Below, one piece after another: positions 1 to 10,609 of a DNA stretch of 64,000 nucleotides. The stretch's first letter is position 1; each line of letters begins with the position of its first letter. The notes under the pieces are model-generated. The model was not told where the DNA came from and did no database searches. It saw nothing but the letters and a program-made list of their open reading frames with translations. The stretch is from assembly GCA_051861325.1 (NCBI GenBank), contig JBHYCX010000011.1:6165-70164 (forward strand). Direction: 5' to 3'. A program made the translations under genes and the position numbers. Origin of the DNA: Roseococcus sp. (lineage in GTDB: Bacteria; Pseudomonadota; Alphaproteobacteria; Acetobacterales; Acetobacteraceae).

Positions 1-2004
<2,004 letters not shown>

Positions 2005-2008
<4 letters not shown>

Positions 2009-3312
2009 CGCCGGAGGGGCGGCTCTCCGCCGCGATTGACCTGCTGCACGCGGTGCTGGACCAGCCGCGCCGCCCGGCGGATGCCATCAGCGCCGATTTC
2101 TTCCGCGCCCGGCGCTACATCGGCGGCAGTGATCGCCGTGCCGTCTCCGACCTCGCCTGGGGCGTGCTGCGGCAGCGGCTGCGGCTGGAATGGTGGATCG
2201 CGGAGACGGGCGCCCGCCTGACGCCGCGCCTGCTGGTGCTGGCCTACCTTCTGCTCGCGGAGAAGCGGAAGGTGATGGAGGCCGCGCGCCTGTTCGATGG
2301 CGGGCGCTTCGCGGCCGGCCCCCTTGATGTCGGCGAGATGGGGGTTGCCGAGCAGCTCGTCGGCAAGCCGCTCACCGGCAAGGGCATGGCCGAATCCGCC
2401 AGGCTCAACCTGCCGGAATGGGCCATGCCCGGCCTCGCCACCCGCTTCGGCGACAGGCTGGACGCGGAGGCGCTGGCGATGGAAGCGACCGCGCCGCTCG
2501 ACCTGCGGGTGAACCTGCTCAAATCCACGCGGGAGGCGGCGCAGGCGGCGCTGCGCGCCGAGGGCCTGGTCTCGGAGACCACGCCCTTCTCCCCCTGGGG
2601 CCTGCGCCTCGCCCATCGCACGCCGATCACGGGCAGCGCCGCCTACAAGGATGGCCTGATCGAGGTGCAGGATGAGGGCAGCCAGCTCATCGCGGCGCTG
2701 GCCAATGCGCGGCCCGGCATGCGCGTCGTGGATTACTGCGCGGGGGCCGCGGGCAAGACACTCGCCATGGCGGCCACCATGGGCAATCAGGGCCGCATCA
2801 CCGCCTGCGATGTCTCGGTGCCGCGCCTGGAAGGGGCCAACAAGCGCCTGCGCCGGGCGGGCGTGCACAATGCGGAGACGCATCTGCTGGAAGCCGGCGA
2901 CCGCTGGGTGAAGCGCCGCGCCGGCACCTTCGACCGCGTGCTGGTGGATGCCCCCTGCACCGGCACCGGCACCTGGCGCCGCAACCCCGATGCGCGCAGC
3001 CGCACCGGGCCCGAGGACCTCGCGGAACTGCTCGTCAAGCAACATGAAATTCTTGCAATCTCGGCGCATCTGGTGAAGCCTGGGGGTAGGCTCATCTACG
3101 CGACATGCTCGCTGCTGCCCGAGGAGGATGAAGTGCAGGTAGAGGCGTTCCTGGCGAAGCATCCGGCATTCCGGCCCGTGGCGCTGGACCGCGCCTGGGC
3201 CGAGGCCGGGCTGCCCGGCGCGCCGCCCGTCACGGCGGAGCACATGCTGCTCTCGCCGGGCGCGCATGGCACGGACGGCTTCTTCTGCGCCGTTCTCGAA
3301 AAGGCGAGCTAG
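2005..3312 (+). CDS. RsmB/NOP (Sun/Fmu) family SAM-dependent RNA m5C methyltransferase
   Basis: VQDEGSQ, DYCAGAAGKT, VLVDAPCTGTG, YATCS; GTGA overlap with HAD gene. Confidence 0.93.
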
Positions 3313-3325
3313 GCGGCCCGCCGCG

Positions 3326-3889
3326 ATGGTCACCATCCGCCGTGCCCGCCCCGGAGACGCCGACGCCATGGCCCGGGTTCACCTGGCCGCCTGGCGCAGC
3401 ACCTATGCCGGCATCCTGCCCGAGACCTACCTGGCCGGCCTCTCCGCCGAGCGCGAGAGCCTGGATTATGAGCGCGGCATCCTGCAGCGGCGCGGCGGCC
3501 ATGCGGGCTTCGTCGCCATCGCCGATGGGCAGGAGATCGCGGGCGGTGGCGTGGTCGGCTTCATCACCGGCGGCATGTCCCGCCGCCCCGCCATCGCCGA
3601 GGGCGAGGTGGAGACGCTCTACCTGCTCGATGACTTCCACGACCGCGGGATCGGCCGGCGGCTGATGCGGGCCATGGCCTCGCACCTCGCCTCGCTCGGC
3701 GCGGAATCGGCCTTTGCGTGGGTGCTGCAGGAAAATCCCTCGCGCTGGTTCTATGCGCGCCTCGGCGCCAGGCTGGCCGCGCGGGAGGAGTTCACCTTCG
3801 CCGGCCAGCGGACCACCCAGCTCGCCTATGCCTGGGAGCCGATCCACACCCTGCTGACGGCGACGGCCACCACGCGGCTGCCGCGCTGA
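3326..3889 (+). CDS. GNAT family N-acetyltransferase
   Basis: IRRARPGDA start, LYLL..HDRGIGRRLM acetyl-CoA motif A, N..RWFYARLG. Confidence 0.88.
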   Translation: MVTIRRARPGDADAMARVHLAAWRSTYAGILPETYLAGLSAERESLDYERGILQRRGGHAGFVAIADGQEIAGGGVVGFITGGMSRRPAIAEGEVETLYLLDDFHDRGIGRRLMRAMASHLASLGAESAFAWVLQENPSRWFYARLGARLAAREEFTFAGQRTTQLAYAWEPIHTLLTATATTRLPR

Positions 3890-3892
3890 GCC

Positions 3893-4714
3893 ATGTGGGG
3901 GCGGCGCGCCGTATTGCTGGCGGGCCTCGCCCCGCGCCTGGCCTTCGCGGAGGGGCTTTCCGCCATCGAGCGGCGCGTGGGCGGCCGGCTTGGCGTGATG
4001 GCGCGGCGCGGCGCGCAATCCCTAGCGTATCGCAGCGATGAGCGCTTCCCCATGGCCAGCACCTTCAAGGCGCTGCTCTCCGCCGCCGTGCTGGCGCGGC
4101 CGGGGGTGGATATGGGCCAGCGCCTGCCCATCCCGCGCGAGGGGCTGATCCCCTGGTCACCCGTCACGGAGACGCGGGCGGGTGGGGCGATGAGCCTCGA
4201 TGAGCTCTGCGCCGCCATCATGACCATCAGCGACAACACGGCGGCCAATCTGCTGCTGGGCGTGGTGGGCGGCCCCGCCGGCCTGACAGCCTGGCTGCGC
4301 GGAATCGGCGATGGGCAGACCCGGCTCGACCGCACCGAACCCACGCTGAACGAGGCCCGCCCCGGCGATCCGCGCGACACGACGACGCCAGCCGCCATGG
4401 CCGAAACCCTCGCCCGGATCGCGCTGGGCGATGTTCTGGGCGCGGATAGCCGCGCGCGCTGGCTCGGTTGGCTCGAAGCCAACACGACCGGCGGTGCCCG
4501 GCTGCGCGCGGGCGTGCCGGCGGGCTGGCGCGTGGGCGACCGGACGGGCGGTGCGGCGAACGGGACGAGCAATGTGGTGGGCCTGCTCTGGCCGCCGGGG
4601 GGTGCCGCGCCTTGGGTCGTGGCCGCCTTCCTGACGGAATGCGCGGCACCGCCCGCGGCGCGCGATGCGGCGCTCGCCGATGTCGCAAGGCTGGTCACCG
4701 CCGTACACCCTTGA
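3893..4714 (+). CDS. Class A serine beta-lactamase with RTG instead of KTG triad
   Basis: STFK, SDN, DRTEPTLN omega loop, DTTTP, DRTG; N-terminal RR-hydrophobic signal. Confidence 0.9.
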   Translation: MWGRRAVLLAGLAPRLAFAEGLSAIERRVGGRLGVMARRGAQSLAYRSDERFPMASTFKALLSAAVLARPGVDMGQRLPIPREGLIPWSPVTETRAGGAMSLDELCAAIMTISDNTAANLLLGVVGGPAGLTAWLRGIGDGQTRLDRTEPTLNEARPGDPRDTTTPAAMAETLARIALGDVLGADSRARWLGWLEANTTGGARLRAGVPAGWRVGDRTGGAANGTSNVVGLLWPPGGAAPWVVAAFLTECAAPPAARDAALADVARLVTAVHP

Positions 4715-4744
4715 CGCGGCGCGCCCGCCGTGTTGCCCAACGCC

Positions 4745-6313
4745 ATGAACACGACGCCCGCCCAGCACGACCGCATCCTCATCCTCGATTTCGGCAGCCA
4801 GGTGACGCAGCTCATCGCGCGCCGGCTGCGCGAGTCCGGCGTCTATTGCGAGATCTGGCCCTACAACGCCGCCCCCGAGGCGCGCATCCGCGCCTTCGCC
4901 CCCAAGGGCATCATCTTCTCCGGCGGGCCCGCCTCGGTCACCGAGGGCGAAAGCCCGCGCGCGCCGGACTATGCCTTCGAATCCGGCCTGCCCATCCTCG
5001 GCATCTGCTACGGCCAGCAGACGCTGGCGCATCAGCTGGGCGGCACCGTCGAGGGCGGGCATGCGCGCGAATTCGGCCGCGCCGTCGTCACCGTCACCGG
5101 CGATTGCCCGATCACCCAGGGCGTCTGGGCCAAGGGCGCGCTGGAGACGGTCTGGATGTCCCATGGCGACCGTATCACCGTGCTTCCGCCCGGCTTCCGC
5201 GTGGTGGCCGAGAGCGAGGGCGCGCCCTTCGCGCTGATCGCCAATGATGAGCGCCGCTACTACGGCACCATGTTCCACCCCGAGGTGGTGCACACGCCGC
5301 ATGGCGCGGCCCTGCTGCGCAACTTCACCCATGGCGTCTGCGGCTGCACCGGCGACTGGACCATGGCCGGCTACCGCGCCGAGACCATCGCCAAGATCCG
5401 CGCCCAGGTGGGGAATGGCCGCGTGATCTGCGGGCTCTCGGGCGGCGTCGATTCCTCGGTGGCCGCGGTGCTGCTGCACGAGGCGATCGGCGAGCAGCTG
5501 ACCTGCATCTATGTGGATCACGGCCTGATGCGCGCGAACGAAAGCGAGCAGGTGGTGAAGACCTTCCGCGAGCGCTTCAACATCAAGCTCGTCCATCGCG
5601 ATGCGAGCGACCTCTTCCTCGGCCAGCTCTCCGGCGTCACCGACCCCGAGCAGAAGCGCAAGATCATCGGCCGCCTCTTCATCGAGGTGTTCGAGGAGGA
5701 GCAGAACAAGATCGGCGGCGCGGATTTCCTGGCGCAGGGCACGCTCTATCCGGATGTGATCGAGAGCGTCTCCGCCACCGGCGGGCCTTCGGTCACCATC
5801 AAGTCGCACCACAATGTCGGCGGCCTGCCCGAGGGCATGCGCATGCAGCTGGTCGAGCCGCTGCGTGAGCTGTTCAAGGACGAGGTGCGCGTGCTGGGCC
5901 GCGAACTCGGCATCCCCGAGGAGATCGTGGGCCGCCACCCCTTCCCCGGCCCGGGCCTCGCCATCCGCATCCCCGGCGAAGTCACGCGCGAGAAGGCCGA
6001 CCTGCTGCGCAAGGTGGACACGATCTACCTGGAGGAGATCCGCTCGGCCGGCCTTTACGACACCATCTGGCAGGCCTTCGCCGTGCTGCTGCCGGTGCGC
6101 ACTGTGGGCGTGATGGGCGATGGCCGCACCTATGACATGGCCTGCGCGCTGCGCGCGGTGACCAGCACGGATGGCATGACGGCGGAGTTTTATCCGTTCG
6201 ACATGGGCTTCCTGGGGCGGGTCGCGAACCGCATCGTGAACGAGGTGCGCGGCGTGAACCGCGTGACCTATGACATCACGAGCAAGCCGCCGGGGACGAT
6301 CGAATGGGAGTGA
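4745..6313 (+). CDS. guaA: GMP synthase (glutamine-hydrolysing)
   Basis: [49 protein letters not shown]-terminus. Confidence 0.98.
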   Translation: MNTTPAQHDRILILDFGSQVTQLIARRLRESGVYCEIWPYNAAPEARIRAFAPKGIIFSGGPASVTEGESPRAPDYAFESGLPILGICYGQQTLAHQLGGTVEGGHAREFGRAVVTVTGDCPITQGVWAKGALETVWMSHGDRITVLPPGFRVVAESEGAPFALIANDERRYYGTMFHPEVVHTPHGAALLRNFTHGVCGCTGDWTMAGYRAETIAKIRAQVGNGRVICGLSGGVDSSVAAVLLHEAIGEQLTCIYVDHGLMRANESEQVVKTFRERFNIKLVHRDASDLFLGQLSGVTDPEQKRKIIGRLFIEVFEEEQNKIGGADFLAQGTLYPDVIESVSATGGPSVTIKSHHNVGGLPEGMRMQLVEPLRELFKDEVRVLGRELGIPEEIVGRHPFPGPGLAIRIPGEVTREKADLLRKVDTIYLEEIRSAGLYDTIWQAFAVLLPVRTVGVMGDGRTYDMACALRAVTSTDGMTAEFYPFDMGFLGRVANRIVNEVRGVNRVTYDITSKPPGTIEWE

Positions 6314-6329
6314 GGGGCTTGGTTCTCAG

Positions 6330-6935
6330 GTGACAAGGCTGAGCGACGAGGAAGCACGGCGAGCTGCCATCGTCGTGCGCGACCACCAGGGGATTTATCC
6401 CCCTTACGAAGCCTTTTATCTGCAGTCGGTTCACTATGCCGCTGAGCGCTCTGCGGCAGCGTTTACTTCCTTCAGGGCCGCATTATCGACGGGCGATCCA
6501 CCCGATCATATCTTTGCCGCGATCCAGGACGCGCTTGGTCACGCCGCCGCCCTCTCCCGCTTTTTTTGGCCGGCACCCCAAGCCGGGACTCTCGGCGAAG
6601 CGCGCGGCAAACGCCTTCGTCACGCTTTCGCGCTTTCAGAGGATGCAGCCCTATGCTCGCGAGCGTTTAGGAATGCGATTGAACATTTCGACGAGCGCAT
6701 CGACCGCTTCTTGTTGCGGGACCCGGTCGGCTACTTTTTCCCTGGGCCACTCATTGCCGATCTCTCGATGGCAGATGAACAAGTCGGGCATGTATTTAAA
6801 TTGGTAGACCCAGACCGCTCTATCTGCGTGGTCCTTGGGGAACAATTCCATTTCGCACCCATCGAACTCGAAGTACGCAGTGTGCACCTCCTGGCCCAGA
6901 AATTCATGTCGCATGGCGCGGTGTTACCCGGGTAG
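6330..6935 (+). CDS. Hypothetical protein, lower GC, RxxxxH (RNAIEH) motif; possible HEPN-like domain
   Basis: ~200-codon open frame from GTG 6330; hand counts of three 60-nt lines gave 52-57% GC; RNAIEHFDER at 6669-6698. Confidence 0.7.
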   Translation: MTRLSDEEARRAAIVVRDHQGIYPPYEAFYLQSVHYAAERSAAAFTSFRAALSTGDPPDHIFAAIQDALGHAAALSRFFWPAPQAGTLGEARGKRLRHAFALSEDAALCSRAFRNAIEHFDERIDRFLLRDPVGYFFPGPLIADLSMADEQVGHVFKLVDPDRSICVVLGEQFHFAPIELEVRSVHLLAQKFMSHGAVLPG

Positions 6936-7148
6936 CTCTGCATCGGCCGAGAGTGAACGCTCATCCCTTGCTGTGATCGCACGTCGTGCCGCGAAGAAGT
7001 CATCCCATGCGGCATCGGCGCGCTGGATCACACGCCCGTCGCCATCCCGGCGGATCACCACCTCCCGCACCCCGGCGGGAAAGGCCACCTCCTTCGGCAG
7101 GCGGACCGCCTGGGAGCGGTTGGACTGAAACAGCTTGGCCCGACTCAT
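6924..7148 (-). CDS. vapB: VapB/AbrB-MazE-type antitoxin, orphan, C-terminus probably scrambled
   Basis: KLFQSNRSQAVRLPKEVAFP...WDDFF matches the VapB(VagC) N-terminal fold; no PIN toxin follows. Confidence 0.8.
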   Translation of the reverse strand: MSRAKLFQSNRSQAVRLPKEVAFPAGVREVVIRRDGDGRVIQRADAAWDDFFAARRAITARDERSLSADAELPG

Positions 7149-7218
7149 GATCTGGCCTCTGTATATGGCAAAGGGATGTACAGATCGGGAAGGCCCTTCT
7201 TCAAGCCCTTCCCCCCTC

Positions 7219-7536
7219 TCAATGTGCGAGCTTCAGCGTCACGACGCCCGCGATGATCAGCGCGACGCCGGCGAAGCGCATCGCCGTAGCCGGGTCGCTA
7301 TAGACCAGCACGCCCACCAGGAAGGTGCCCACAGCGCCGATCCCGGTCCAGATCGCATAGGCGGTGCCGATCGGGATGGTCTTCTGCGCCATCCAGAGCA
7401 GGGCGCCGCTGATCGCCATGAAGACGACGGCGATGAAGATCCCGACGATCCGGGTGGCAGGCTCCTGGGCCATTTTCAGGCCGACCGGCCAGCCGATTTC
7501 GAACACTCCAGCGAGCATGAGATAGATCCAACCCAT
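7219..7536 (-). CDS. sugE: SMR family exporter, Gdx/SugE (guanidinium) subtype
   Basis: 105 aa, 4 TM, AGVFEIGWPVGLK with membrane Glu, PIGTAYAIWTGIG; AGGAG SD upstream. Confidence 0.9.
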   Translation of the reverse strand: MGWIYLMLAGVFEIGWPVGLKMAQEPATRIVGIFIAVVFMAISGALLWMAQKTIPIGTAYAIWTGIGAVGTFLVGVLVYSDPATAMRFAGVALIIAGVVTLKLAH

Positions 7537-7544
7537 GTGACGGT

Positions 7545-7605
7545 CTCCTGGGGCGCGGTGTCTTCCCGTTCGGCGGGACATCCTGCGCCGAAAGCCCGTC
7601 ACCAA
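7545..7605 (-). ncRNA. Candidate guanidine riboswitch in sugE leader (class unresolved)
   Basis: 7-bp stem UUCGGCG/CGCCGAA, possible UGUC/GACA pseudoknot, two ACGGG motifs, CAGGA and AAGAC motifs just before the SD; Gdx genes are typically guanidine-riboswitch controlled. Confidence 0.5.
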
Positions 7606-7669
7606 CGATAGGCGCCGGGGCGGGATGCATGGCAGGGCCCTCGCCGGCTTCGATCACGCACCCCGATCC

Positions 7670-7694
7670 GGAACCCATCGCCCCCGCGCCTGTT
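7670..7694 (+). promoter_or_regulatory. EcfG (general stress response sigma) promoter candidate
   Basis: GGAAC-N17-GTT 25 nt upstream of the ATG of a general-stress-type SDR. Confidence 0.6.
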
Positions 7695-7719
7695 CTTCGC
7701 AGGAACAGGAGACACAGCG

Positions 7720-8553
7720 ATGGACGCCCAACACCAGACCCCACCCGGCTCGACCGAGCAGCTCAAGCCCCGCCCCGACCATGGCGAGGAGAGCTATCGC
7801 GGCCATGGCCGCCTCGCCGGCAAGCGCGCCATCATCACCGGCGGTGACAGCGGCATCGGCCGCGCCGTCGCCATCGCCTATGCGCGCGAGGGCGCCGACC
7901 TGCTCATCGCCTACCTCAGCGAGCATGAGGATGCCGAGGCAACGAAGCAGTTGGTCGAAGCCGAGGGCCGCCGCTGCATCCTCATGCCGGGCGACATCGC
8001 CGAGCCCGCCCATTGCCGCGCCATCATCGAGCGCGCCGTGGCCGAGCTGGGCGGCATCGAGGTGCTCGTCAACAACGCCGCCTACCAGATGAGCTTCACC
8101 TCCATCGAAGAGATCAGCGATGAGGAGTGGGACCGCACCTTCGACGTCAATATCGGCGCCATGTTCCGCCTTTGCCGCGAGGCGGTGCGCCACATGAAGC
8201 CCGGCGCCTCGATCATCAACACGAGCTCGATCAACTCGGACAAGCCCTCCCCGCAATTGCTCCCATATGCGACGACCAAGGGCGCCATCGCCAATTTCAG
8301 CGCGGGCCTGAAGCAGCTGCTGGGCGAGCGCGGCATCCGCGTGAACAGCGTGGCACCTGGCCCGATCTGGACGCCGCTCATCCCCTCGACCATGCCGCCC
8401 GAGAAGGTCGCGAATTTCGGCAAGGACACGCCGCTCGGCCGGCCGGGGCAGCCCGCGGAACTGGCCGCGGCCTTCGTGCTGCTGGCCTCGGACGAGGCGA
8501 GCTACATCTCCGGCACGCGCCTGGGCGTCACCGGCGGCTCACCGATCCTCTGA
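7720..8553 (+). CDS. SDR oxidoreductase, YghA/YhdF (general stress protein) type
   Basis: PDHGEESYRGHGRL, TGGDSGIG, NNA, YATTK, PGPIWTPL. Confidence 0.92.
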   Translation: MDAQHQTPPGSTEQLKPRPDHGEESYRGHGRLAGKRAIITGGDSGIGRAVAIAYAREGADLLIAYLSEHEDAEATKQLVEAEGRRCILMPGDIAEPAHCRAIIERAVAELGGIEVLVNNAAYQMSFTSIEEISDEEWDRTFDVNIGAMFRLCREAVRHMKPGASIINTSSINSDKPSPQLLPYATTKGAIANFSAGLKQLLGERGIRVNSVAPGPIWTPLIPSTMPPEKVANFGKDTPLGRPGQPAELAAAFVLLASDEASYISGTRLGVTGGSPIL

Positions 8554-9821
8554 GGCGCCGCCTCCGGGGGCGGCCCGCCCTCCGCCGCATCCGGGTCCCG
8601 CCCATGGCCACGGTCCAGCGCGCGCATGATGGGGGTGACGCTCAACCCATGGATCAGCACGGAGAGCAGCACGATCAGCCCGATGATGGCCCAGAGCCGC
8701 TCCGCCTCGGCCAGTTCCATGTGGTTGCCGCCGAAGGCCAGGTAGTAGATGGAGCCGATCCCGCGGATGCCGAAGAAGGCCAGCACCAGCTTCTCGCTGG
8801 TCGAGGCCCTGAGGCCCAGCAGCGCCACCAGCCCCGCCAGGGGCCGCACCACGAGCAGGACGAGCAGCGCCACCGCCACATCCCATCCGCGCAGCGGCGC
8901 CAGCAGCCCATGCACCAGCGCACCGCCGAAGAGCAGCAGCACGGCCATCATGGCCAGCCGCTCCACCTGCTCGGTCAGCACATGCATCGCCAGGTGGAAT
9001 TCATGGTGCCGGTGCGCGTGGCGAAAGGTGAGTGCGGCGACGAAGACGGCCAGGAAGCCGTAGCCGCCGAGCATCTGCGTGACCCCGTAGGAGACGAAGG
9101 TGGCGGCGATCGCGATCATCCCATCGCCCGAGCGCGCCAGCGCGTGCTGGTGCGAAACGTGGAAGGTCAGCCAGCCAAAGAGGCGGCCCAGCAGCCAGCC
9201 GGCGCCGGCCCCCACCGCGACCTTCCAGCCGACATCCACCGCAATCCAGCGGCCGAACGCCACCTCGCTGCCCGCCGCCGCCAGCAGGATCGCCAGATGG
9301 ACGAAGGGAAAGGCCAGCCCGTCATTCAACCCCGCCTCGGAGGTCAGGCCGAAGCGCACCTCATCCTCATGGCCCGAGCGCGGCGGGCCGACCTGGACGT
9401 CCGAGGCCAGCACGGGGTCGGTCGGTGCCAGGCTCGCGCCCAGCAGCAGCGCGGCCGCCAGCGGCAGGCCAAGCCCCCAGATGCCGAGCGCCGTGATACC
9501 GAGGATGGTGAGCGGCATGGCGATGGCCAGAAGCCGCCAGGTGACGGACCAGCGCGCCCAGTGGAAGCGCCGGTCAATCTTCAGCCCCGCACCCATCAGC
9601 GCGATGAGGACGACGATTTCCGCCAGGTGCTCGGTCAGCTTCGGGTGTTCCAGCGGCAGGGGCCGGAGCGTCACCATCGGCAGGGAGAAGATCCCCACGC
9701 CGAGCGCGATGCAGATGATGGGCAGCGAAAGCGGCAGCCGCCGCAGCACCATCGGCAGCCAGACCACCATCGCGATGAGGATGCCGGCACCGGTGAGGAT
9801 CAAAATGTAGGGGTCGGCCAT
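8502..9821 (-). CDS. Cation:proton antiporter (CPA1, NhaP-like)
   Basis: Multi-TM; LAPTDPVLA and EAGLNDG motifs. Confidence 0.88.
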   Translation of the reverse strand: MADPYILILTGAGILIAMVVWLPMVLRRLPLSLPIICIALGVGIFSLPMVTLRPLPLEHPKLTEHLAEIVVLIALMGAGLKIDRRFHWARWSVTWRLLAIAMPLTILGITALGIWGLGLPLAAALLLGASLAPTDPVLASDVQVGPPRSGHEDEVRFGLTSEAGLNDGLAFPFVHLAILLAAAGSEVAFGRWIAVDVGWKVAVGAGAGWLLGRLFGWLTFHVSHQHALARSGDGMIAIAATFVSYGVTQMLGGYGFLAVFVAALTFRHAHRHHEFHLAMHVLTEQVERLAMMAVLLLFGGALVHGLLAPLRGWDVAVALLVLLVVRPLAGLVALLGLRASTSEKLVLAFFGIRGIGSIYYLAFGGNHMELAEAERLWAIIGLIVLLSVLIHGLSVTPIMRALDRGHGRDPDAAEGGPPPEAAPQRIGEPPVTPRRVPEM

Positions 9822-9908
9822 CCAGCGTGAACGGCCGAACCCGCCCCACGGTTGTCGCCCTGCGCAAATCCATGTGAATGGGCCGCAGGCAAACCCTCGG
9901 AGCGACGC

Positions 9909-10256
9909 ATGCCCATCACCCTCCATGGCATCAAGAACTGCGACACCATGAAGAAGGCCCGCGCCTGGTTGGATGCGAAGGGCGTGGATTATGCCTTCCA
10001 CGACTACAAGACCCAGGGGATCGCGCCCGCGACGCTCAACGCCTGGGTGAAGGAGCTGGGCTGGGAGGTGCTGCTGAACCGCGCCGGCACCACCTTCCGC
10101 AAACTGCCGGAGGATCAGAAGCAAGGTCTGGACGCGGCGCGCGCCACGGCGCTGATGCTGGCGCAGCCCTCCATGATCAAGCGCCCGGTGCTCGACCTCG
10201 GGCCCCGGCGGATCGTGGGCTTCAGCCCGGACGCCTATGCGAAGGCGCTGGGGTGA
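9909..10256 (+). CDS. ArsC/Spx family reductase (YffB-like)
   Basis: GIKNCDTMKKAR, LLNRAGTTFRKL, PSMIKRPV. Confidence 0.9.
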   Translation: MPITLHGIKNCDTMKKARAWLDAKGVDYAFHDYKTQGIAPATLNAWVKELGWEVLLNRAGTTFRKLPEDQKQGLDAARATALMLAQPSMIKRPVLDLGPRRIVGFSPDAYAKALG

Positions 10257-10334
10257 CGCCCCCGCCGGTTTTGGTTGGCGGGTGCCGCCCGGCGCGATAG
10301 GCTCGCCCCCACGCCAGCAAGGACGAGAAGAACA

Positions 10335-10547
10335 ATGCAGGACAGCAACGTTGAGGTGCGCAAGGAAGTCTCGGGCCGCGGCAAGTTCCTGGCCTTTGGC
10401 ATCATCGGTATCGCCCTCATCGTCTCGATCTTCATCGAGAAGTTCGGCGCGCCGGAATCGGCCCGAAACATCCCCTACATCCTGCTGGCCGCCGTGGTGC
10501 TGGCCATCGCCATCCCCATGGCCTTCTATCGCAAGCCAGTGCGGTAA
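10335..10547 (+). CDS. Small two-TM membrane protein, unknown function
   Basis: 70 aa, two hydrophobic helices, purine-rich RBS, host-like codon usage. Confidence 0.65.
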   Translation: MQDSNVEVRKEVSGRGKFLAFGIIGIALIVSIFIEKFGAPESARNIPYILLAAVVLAIAIPMAFYRKPVR

Positions 10548-10609
10548 TTTCCTTGACGGCCGGCGCCCCGGCCGGAAGATGAACGCAGCTTCATCCTGAG
10601 GAGAGACCG

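Noticed and set aside
6436-7015. Alternative short ORFs overlapping the low-GC gene
   Set aside because: Shorter, motif-free frames in stop-poor sequence; the 6330-6935 frame is the most coherent
6300-7220. Integrative island with att duplication at the guaA 3' end
   Set aside because: No integrase and no repeat of the guaA terminal sequence found downstream by eye; only a small insertion is supported
9828-9855. EcfG promoter for the antiporter gene (CAAC-N17-CGTT on the minus strand)
   Set aside because: The -35 lacks GGAAC; too weak to call without TSS data
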